From Naegleria gruberi (lineage: Eukaryota): a stretch of 5,100 bases of DNA. The notes under the pieces were generated by a model, which did not search any database, was not told where the DNA came from, and was given only the letters and a program-made list of their open reading frames with translations. The translations under genes and the position numbers were made by a program. The DNA lies in NCBI GenBank assembly GCA_000004985.1, contig GG739168.1; one strand, written 5' to 3'. The stretch's first letter is position 1; each line of letters begins with the position of its first letter. Of this stretch, positions 1 to 5,100 are shown piece by piece.

Positions 1-1238
1 TATGTTGCAACCTTGCTTTGCTAGCTTCCCCAACTGGATTAGCACAAGGAGTAGATTCCAATTTGATTTATTTTGCTGATTCAAGTAATAATAGAATCAG
101 AGTAGTAACTGGTGCCTCAACTTTGACATCATTAATAATGACAAAAGCTGGAACAGGAGATCAATCAGCTTCTTCAGATGATTTACTGATAGATCCACTG
201 AAGGCCAAGTTCAATACTCCAAGATTAGTGTCTAGGTTAAGCAATGGAAATATTCTGATTGGAGACACTCTCAACTATCGAATTCAGATGATTTCGAATA
301 CTGAAAATGGCGAGAAATTACGAACCATAGTCAATATAGCAGACTCATATGGAAGTTCAGTAATTACAGACATGGTTGTCACCGAGCAAAATACAATTCT
401 CGTCTCCACTATGGATGCAATTTACAACCTGGTGCCCCTTTGTGATATGGGTTATCAACTTGTGAATAACAATACTGAATGCCTTCCTATTTGTTTTGGA
501 TCTCTTGGGCAATTTTCCTGTTCAGGCAGAGGCAAATGTGTAGAGCCAGATAATTGCTCATGCCTTCAGGGACTCTACACAGGAAGTCAATGTGAAATTC
601 CAATATGTTATGGAATTGCTGCAAATGAATCAAGCGTTTGTTCTTATATGAATGGTACTTGTGGAATCAATAATCAGTGTACATGCAAGGATGGATTTTA
701 TGGCAACATGTGTGAGAATCCAATTTGCTTCTCACAAATAGTTGGAGAATCATGCGGAGGTAGTCTCAGAGGAACTTGTATTCATAAGGATAGATGCTCA
801 TGCAATCAACATTTTACTGGAGAGCGTTGTGAATTAAGAATTTGTTCAGGAAAAAGTGAGAATGACACTGAAGTGTGTAATGGACATGGTAAATGTGTGG
901 AAAATGGAAGATGTACCTGTGATGCATTATATTCTGGTTTAGATTGTTCAGATATGAGTCAAATATATGCCTTAGGTATTAGTGCTTCTATTGTTCTATT
1001 GATATTGACTGTATTGGCTGTGGTTTCTATTATATTAGGATTAGTTGTTCATAGAAAGAATAGAAAAGAAAGAAAAATATTGGAAACTGAGCTTTCTCTT
1101 GATGAGAGGTTGCTATCAACTACTGAAGCATATGAATTGTCTATTTCTTCTGCTTCTAGTAATGTTCATTCAACTAATGATGATCCTTCCTCTTTTGTTA
1201 TTCCTCTCCATAAAATTGGAATGGATAAACCAATCAAG
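1..1238 (+). CDS. Exon 1 (5'-partial; reading frame runs open to the window edge, first complete codon at nt 3) of a receptor-like protein kinase gene. It encodes the extracellular NHL repeats, the tenascin-type EGF-like repeats, the TM helix and the juxtamembrane segment. It ends at the splice donor AAG|GTAAGT.
   Basis: About 412 stop-free in-frame codons. The position-18 'M' of the ORF track is really TTG Leu, and the frame stays open upstream to nt 3. Recognisable domain motifs are present (see sub-features). Perfect consensus donor at 1239. Splicing to 1286 continues the frame into the kinase Gly-loop. Confidence 0.85.
3..293 (+). other. NHL-repeat (six-bladed beta-propeller family) segment of the ectodomain. 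At least two repeats are in the window, and more blades probably lie upstream.
   Basis: The protein segments LASPTGLAQGVDSNLIYFADSSNNRIRVV and LIDPLKAKFNTPRLVSRLSNGNILIGDTLNYRIQMI match the NHL consensus (P-x-G-[IV]-A-x-D-x-x-G-x-[IL]-[YF]-[VI]-[AT]-D-x-x-N-[NH]-R-[IV]-[QR]-[VM]-[FIV]). Confidence 0.6.
441..947 (+). other. Cysteine-rich region: an N-terminal Cys cap followed by 4 tandem tenascin-type EGF-like repeats at about 495..608, 609..728, 729..845 and 846..947. The first three are separated by P/R-I-C junctions. Four N-glycosylation sequons (NNT, NES, NGT, NDT) are present.
   Basis: Repeating pattern C-x5-7-C-x5-C-x-C-x2-G-[FY]-x-G-x2-C-E-x-[PR]-I-C with 6 Cys per unit of 34-40 aa. 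Example: CSGRGKCVEPDNCSCLQGLYTGSQCEIPIC. Periodicity is about 114-120 nt. Confidence 0.75.
978..1049 (+). other. Single transmembrane helix (ISASIVLLILTVLAVVSIILGLVV) followed by the basic stop-transfer patch HRKNRKERK (1050..1076). This implies type-I topology with the ectodomain outside and the kinase cytosolic.
   Basis: A 24-residue uninterrupted hydrophobic stretch flanked on the C-terminal side by a Lys/Arg cluster (positive-inside rule). Glycosylation sequons and Cys-rich repeats lie only on the N-terminal side. Confidence 0.8.
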
Positions 1239-1285
1239 GTAAGTTTACTTTCGAATATAACAATGATTTAACAATTTTAATACAG
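1239..1285 (+). other. Spliceosomal intron, 47 nt, phase 0 (GTAAGT...TAATACAG).
   Basis: The donor GTAAGT at 1239..1244 directly follows AAG. The acceptor AG is at 1284..1285, preceded by a T/A-rich tract. The intron is AT-rich and contains the in-frame TAA (1269..1271) that ends the unspliced ORF. Its removal joins ...KPIK to RLGEGGIGSVF (GxGxxGxV) in frame, restoring kinase subdomain I, which neither ORF contains alone. Confidence 0.8.
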
Positions 1286-2191
1286 AGACTGGGAGAAGGT
1301 GGAATAGGAAGCGTATTCATGTCAAAATATAATGGAATGATCGTGGCAGTTAAAGTATTTGATTTAAATAACTTGAACATTTCGGAAGAAGATTTCAAAA
1401 ATGAGGCTATTCTATTAAGCAAACTTCGTCATCCTAATATTATCAATTTTTACGGAGTTTCTACATCACCAACGAAACGTTACATAATTATGGAATGTTT
1501 GGATCAGAGTATGGAGAAGGTGATTGCCAAATTAGAGTTTAAACAATTAACTCTCTCATTGGATCAAAAATTGAAAATGATTCTTAATATTGCTAATGGA
1601 ATTGAATATTTACACAGCTTGAAACCAAGAAAAATCATCCATCGTGATCTAAAACCACAAAATATTCTATTGGATTCGAATGGAAATTGTAAATTGTGTG
1701 ATTTTGGATTGAGCAAATCCATTTCACAAGCAACTGTTTCTGCACTTACTAATCAGTTGGGTACACATTTCTACATGAGTCCAGAAATGTTTGATATTAA
1801 TGCTGTTGATCCTACCTATGCTACTGCAGTTGATATTTACAGTTTCTCAATAATCATGTGGCAATTATTATTCGAAATCAAAGATCCCTACCTCTTTAAA
1901 TCGTCAGAATTATTCCACAAATTGAAAACGAAATCACTTGAACAAGTCTCATCCTATCAGCTTACCAAAATGATTTGTGAAAATAATTATAGACCTTCTA
2001 TTCCATTCCAATCTATCAACGAATGTACAGATTGGTGTACCGAATTTATGAAGTCAGAACTAGGAAATACTTCAACAATTTTCAAATTGGGCCAATTGAT
2101 TAAAGAGTGTTGGCAAGCAGATCCAAAACTCAGACCAAGTATTGAACAAGTTGTAGATCAATTACAATCACTAGAGAATGAGCTTGTATAA
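1286..2191 (+). CDS. Exon 2 (terminal) of the same gene. It encodes the Ser/Thr (TKL-like) protein kinase catalytic domain and a short C-terminal tail. Stop TAA at 2189..2191.
   Basis: In-frame continuation from exon 1 (1286 is 33 nt upstream of the ORF-track ATG at 1319, same frame). Motifs: GEGGIGSV (Gly loop), AVK (subdomain II Lys), E in helix C (FKNEAILL), HRDLKPQN (1640..1648 = HRD), DFG (1700..1708), GTHFYMSPE (activation segment/APE), DIYSFS (subdomain IX), CW..DP..RPS (subdomain XI). Confidence 0.85.
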   Translation, partial: RLGEGGIGSVFMSKYNGMIVAVKVFDLNNLNISEEDFKNEAILLSKLRHPNIINFYGVSTSPTKRYIIMECLDQSMEKVIAKLEFKQLTLSLDQKLKMILNIANGIEYLHSLKPRKIIHRDLKPQNILLDSNGNCKLCDFGLSKSISQATVSALTNQLGTHFYMSPEMFDINAVDPTYATAVDIYSFSIIMWQLLFEIKDPYLFKSSELFHKLKTKSLEQVSSYQLTKMICENNYRPSIPFQSINECTDWCTEFMKSELGNTSTIFKLGQLIKECWQADPKLRPSIEQVVDQLQSLENELV

Positions 2192-2465
2192 TATACTATG
2201 AAACGTGTTGGAAATTGTATCCACCTCTTTGGGTTTGGTTAGGATTCAGAGTTGATTTATTTGGGTTATTTAAGAGATTACTTTGTGAAGATTTATATCA
2301 TTGATTATATTTCTTATCATCTATTAATGATGTAAATTTGATGTTTTCATTTCTTATATTGATAGATATTTAAAGGTCAGGTCAGAACTAACTTTTGAAA
2401 TATGGACTTTGAGAAGTCAAATGTTTGGGACGTGAATCTACTCGTTAGATTGAACAGGTATTGCT

Positions 2466-2471
2466 AATAAA
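2466..2471 (+). promoter_or_regulatory. Candidate polyadenylation signal AATAAA for the kinase gene, 275 nt past the stop.
   Basis: This is the first AATAAA hexamer downstream of TAA 2189..2191. The hexamer is frequent by chance in AT-rich DNA, so the call is weak. Confidence 0.3.
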
Positions 2472-2718
2472 GAAACATTTCATTGATTTATTGATTATAA
2501 CGGTCAAATTGAGTTGAATGGAAGTGAATCTAATGTTGATTGATCGTGGATGGGTAGTTTCGCCACGAAGTGGTGCAACCACCAACCACTACCAACCTTT
2601 GTAGATTGAATCAGGTTGATTTGCATGCAATCTGAAATATGTAGCATGATTCAAGTGATTATTCACCAATTCAATGATCAATATTCAATAATCGGTTTGA
2701 TTTCAATCAATAGCTTAT

Positions 2719-2735
2719 AGCTTGATCATCAAGCT
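2719..2735. repeat. Perfect 8-1-8 inverted repeat AGCTTGAT-c-ATCAAGCT.
   Basis: Direct reading. The arms are exact reverse complements around a single central base. The upstream neighbour TAGCTTATAGCTTGA repeats TAGCTT. Confidence 0.5.
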
Positions 2736-3882
2736 TTGAATTAATATTCCAGTAATTAACGGCAGTCTATTTTTAAATTTAATCAAAGACCATATATAGT
2801 AGCTTGACTTTTATGATATGTACACTATCTAGATGTGTTCTATATTGAATAATCTATTTGAAAATGAGAAGAATTAACTCTTCTATTGAGTTTGGTATTG
2901 CAAGGTATTACGATTATAATAATCTACACAGAAATCACTCTTGAAATATAAACTGTACTACAATGTAAGAGAAACATAATGGTGGTTGAATTAATCAATA
3001 ACTCGTTGAAATGACTGAGATGGAATGTAAACTATGGTCTATTTGTTATGTAATGGTGACTAGACAGTGTCAATTTCATCAAATTATTTCAAACTGATTA
3101 CAATCAATAAAAAAACCACTCTATACACCAAATATACCATACAGAATGAGTTTCAATATTTAATATTGTGAACTGACTCTGTTGGATACCATCTCTATAA
3201 ATATAACAAGATGAAAAGTGTCAACATTCAATTTCACATGCATGTTACTTTGTAGAGTCATCATTATATCATCTAGATAGGTAATATTTCAAGTTTCAGT
3301 GGAATTGACTGTCTAGATATTGAGATATGTTTACTAAGGTTGATGAAGTGTCACCTTCACTGAATCCTGACATGAATATAACAATTGATCATATGATTCT
3401 TGTATAAGTATTTCATTATTCAATAACTGTGATATGATGGTAAAATTTAATTTTGAATTAAGATTCTTCCTAATTGATTTCCTTAGATGTTCCTTAGTTG
3501 ACTTGAAGATACAGAGCCATCAATATGAAACTGTTCCAGATTGTTATCCACATAAAGAGGAGTGTATTCATATTTTACACTAATATGATATTTTGCAAAA
3601 TGAATGGGATGGAGTGTGATCTTTGTGATGAAAGCTGACTTTTTGGAAGAATGATATTATTATCATACTGAATATAATTCTAACAGACTGTAAATGATAC
3701 CATATAATTAATAAAGTGATTTAATATATATGGTAAAGTTATATATTGATTGAACCTACTTTCATTGAGATAGAGAGTTCACTAGGATATAAATACTGTT
3801 GACATTGAACATGAACCGATTGGTTGAATGAAAGTATCATGAATTGTTTCTAAACTTGTTTATATATACTTAAATGATGTCT

Positions 3883-3908
3883 GGGGGTTGGGGTTGGGTT
3901 TGGGTTAG
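3883..3908 (+). repeat. Interstitial telomere-like G-rich tract GGGGGTTGGGGTTGGGTTTGGGTTAG (a mix of TTGGGG, TTTGGG and TTAG units). It has four G-runs and could form a G-quadruplex.
   Basis: Direct reading gives G5-TT-G4-TT-G3-TTT-G3-TTAG. It is the only G-run tract of its kind in the window and sits in otherwise 70%+ AT DNA. Confidence 0.6.
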
Positions 3909-3940
3909 ACGAAAACCCATCGACGACTAACGAACGGCCA
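3900..3940 (+). other. Foldback plus CpG-dense block: TGGGTT-agacgaa-AACCCA (6-bp stem) followed by atcgacgactaacgaacggcc and CCAAT.
   Basis: TGGGTT (3901..3906) and AACCCA (3914..3919) are exact reverse complements. There are 6 CpG in about 30 nt (3909..3937), whereas CpG is otherwise sparse across 2192..5100. Confidence 0.5.
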
Positions 3941-3984
3941 ATATTGAGTATCTGAATTTCATATATGTCATTCAAATATAAATA
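3936..3984 (+). promoter_or_regulatory. Candidate Pol II core-promoter module: CCAAT (3936..3940), then 36 nt of spacer, then TATAAATA (3977..3984). It lies immediately downstream of the GC/CpG-rich block and predicts a rightward TSS near about 4005..4015.
   Basis: Motif order and spacing are classical. No ORF of 60 aa or more follows, so if the module is functional the product would be a non-coding RNA or a gene with tiny exons. TATAAATA also occurs by chance elsewhere (3196, 3788, 4126). Confidence 0.2.
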
Positions 3985-4594
3985 AAAAGCTTATATTGTA
4001 ACGAAGCAGTCATATCTCAAAGTAGTTATAGAGATAATCAACTCTGAAAAAATAAAAGTTAGGTTTTCCCGGTATTACTCTATGAATATGGAGATCGCCG
4101 GTCTGGATTAAATATATGTAGTAGATATAAATATGAGTTGACTATATTCGCAAATAAATTTGAAAAATATCATTGCGTTCAAAAATAATAAGGCACTGCC
4201 TGAAATATTAAGGTTTTTACCCTAGTAGGTCTAAAATTTCAAAGTTGGGTTGAAATGTAAATTTTAATATATTGTAGATATATAGATGAATAGATGATAT
4301 TATGAATTAATCATGTTGAATCGGTGTATTTAATAAGTTACAACATGTTTAAAAATTAACTTTCTAACATTTATTGTACTATTATATGAATGTTATTACA
4401 ATCATCACTAATCTCATATATATGATGTACAATGATGATATTCACATTGTAGAAGTGTTGAAAGTATAATATATAATATCCTTAGTAAACTGTACTCATT
4501 CTACTTTAATTGACCAAGATATTGAGCCATACTATGGAAACACTATACCAATTTATTAAACTTGTTAATATTGTAATAAACATCAAATATAATC

Positions 4595-5068
4595 ATATAT
4601 AATTGAAATAATTATTATTGGATCCATATTCAGACTGTAGGAAGTCAACTTGTGTGAAAATGACAATATCGGTTATTGAAGGATGAATATCTTACATGAC
4701 TTAATTCCACTCATTGATACATGTCTAACTATCATGTTTTATGATATGTAATTGAAATAATTGAAATCTATCATATATATAGGTAGATAACCAATTAGGA
4801 TGAGAGTAGGGGAAGTTACGCTCACTATTTACCAGGTAAACACTTTCAATAGGGACCCATATATTTTATTTGATTATATCGTACATCTATGCATTTTATC
4901 GATAAATAATTGGTTTCATGATTGTATTTTCTATATTTCCAATTTGGGAAGTGTTGCAATGTCAATACTCAATTGAAATATTGCCATAATACCAATTATT
5001 GATTATATTTCATGAAACTGATATTACAGGCTCTAATTGATGTATATATGAATATATAATTGAAATAA
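4595..5068 (+). repeat. Cluster of a recurring AT-rich motif. The exact 17-mer ATATATAATTGAAATAA occurs at 4595..4611 and 5052..5068. TAATTGAAATAATTGAAAT (an internal 9-nt tandem duplication) is at 4749..4767. AATTGAAATA also occurs at 4971..4980.
   Basis: Four copies of AATTGAAATA within about 470 bp and none elsewhere in the window. Two of the copies share an exact 17-mer. Confidence 0.5.
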
Positions 5069-5100
5069 GTGATTTTAGACATTTCTTAATGACATGGATA

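Noticed and set aside
1045-1242. 65-aa + strand ORF (MFIERIEKKEKYWKLSFLLMRGCYQLL...) from the ORF track
   Set aside because: It lies entirely inside exon 1 in a different frame from the well-supported receptor CDS. It is a low-complexity Leu/Lys-rich translation of AT-rich coding DNA with no domain signal. It is an overlapping-frame artefact.
1239-1271. C-terminal tail VSLLSNITMI* of the 18..1271 ORF
   Set aside because: This is read-through into the intron (it begins exactly at GTAAGT). The real protein continues in exon 2 after splicing.
1234-1422. 62-aa minus-strand ORF from the ORF track
   Set aside because: It is antisense to the exon 1/intron/exon 2 junction of the kinase gene, has no recognisable motifs, and sits at the size threshold. 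It is almost certainly spurious.
1860-2110. Additional hidden intron inside exon 2 explaining the kinase C-lobe inserts
   Set aside because: No GTAAGT-like donor paired with a pyrimidine-rich AG acceptor would keep the frame. The region is stop-free and retains all flanking conserved motifs, so continuous exon is the simpler explanation.
2375-2385. AGGTCAGGTCA nuclear-receptor-like direct repeat
   Set aside because: It is a single overlapping occurrence in a 3' UTR of an organism of unknown affinity. There is no supporting context, so it is likely chance.
3507-3515. U6 snRNA-like GATACAGAG (ACAGAGA box)
   Set aside because: Only a 9-mer matches. The flanking sequence does not match the highly conserved U6 AGATTAGCATGG or 3' stem regions.
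3883-3908. Ciliate (Paramecium/Tetrahymena) origin suggested by TTGGGG/TTTGGG units
   Set aside because: The gene uses the standard code. Gln is always CAA/CAG, there are no in-frame TAA/TAG across about 700 codons, and the CDS terminates at TAA after a complete kinase domain. Ciliate nuclear genes would show frequent in-frame TAA/TAG Gln codons.
4055-4110. Possible tRNA or small RNA in the locally GC-richer stretch ggttttcccggtattactctatgaatatggagatcgccggtctggatt
   Set aside because: There is no GTTCGA-type T-loop, no cloverleaf-compatible stems, and no A/B box spacing. It is just a short CpG-containing patch.
3196-4133. Multiple TATAAATA boxes (3196..3203, 3788..3795, 4126..4133) as promoters
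   Set aside because: The 8-mer is expected roughly once per strand per 3 kb by chance at this base composition. None has an upstream CCAAT/GC element or a downstream ORF. Only the 3977 copy with CCAAT/CpG context was retained as a low-confidence feature.
1-5100. Prokaryotic reading of the window (operon, defence island, CRISPR or mobile element)
   Set aside because: There is a GT-AG intron and EGF/NHL repeats with N-glycosylation sequons. A single-pass type-I receptor kinase and an AATAAA-type flank are also present. No Shine-Dalgarno signals, direct-repeat/spacer array, integrase or transposase ORFs are present.

Overview
This window is eukaryotic, not prokaryotic, so the supplied six-frame ORF track (which uses a TTG 'start') is misleading here. 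The sequence is AT-rich and uses the standard genetic code. Gln is encoded by CAA/CAG throughout, and no TAA/TAG falls in frame across about 700 codons.

The two large + strand ORFs (18..1271 and 1319..2191) are the two exons of one gene, joined across a 47-nt GT-AG intron (1239..1285; AAG|GTAAGT ... TAATACAG|A). Splicing out the intron rebuilds an intact protein-kinase glycine loop and VAIK motif in frame: ...DKPIK|RLGEGGIGSVF MSKYNGMIVAVKVF.

The encoded protein is a type-I receptor-like kinase, truncated at its N-terminus by the window edge. Its parts, in order, are:
- at least 2 NHL (beta-propeller) repeats;
- a short Cys cap followed by 4 tenascin-type EGF-like repeats of 34-40 aa, carrying 4 N-x-S/T sequons;
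- one hydrophobic transmembrane helix followed by a basic stop-transfer patch (HRKNRKERK);
- a Ser/Thr-rich juxtamembrane region;
- a complete Ser/Thr (TKL-like) kinase domain with GxGxxG, AVK, HRDLKPQN, DFG and SPE motifs.

The gene ends at TAA 2189..2191. The remaining roughly 2.9 kb (2192..5100) contains no ORF long enough to appear in the supplied track on either strand. Non-genic signals in that stretch are:
- a heterogeneous telomere-like G-run at 3883..3908 (TTGGGG/TTTGGG/TTAG) with G-quadruplex potential, followed directly by a foldback and the only CpG-dense block in the window;
- a candidate CCAAT-TATAAATA promoter-like module at 3936..3984;
- a cluster of an exact 17-mer and related 10-12-mers (TAATTGAAATA) at 4595..5068;
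- several short palindromes.

No prokaryotic operon, defence system, CRISPR array, tRNA or rRNA is supported. I cannot assign the organism from sequence alone.
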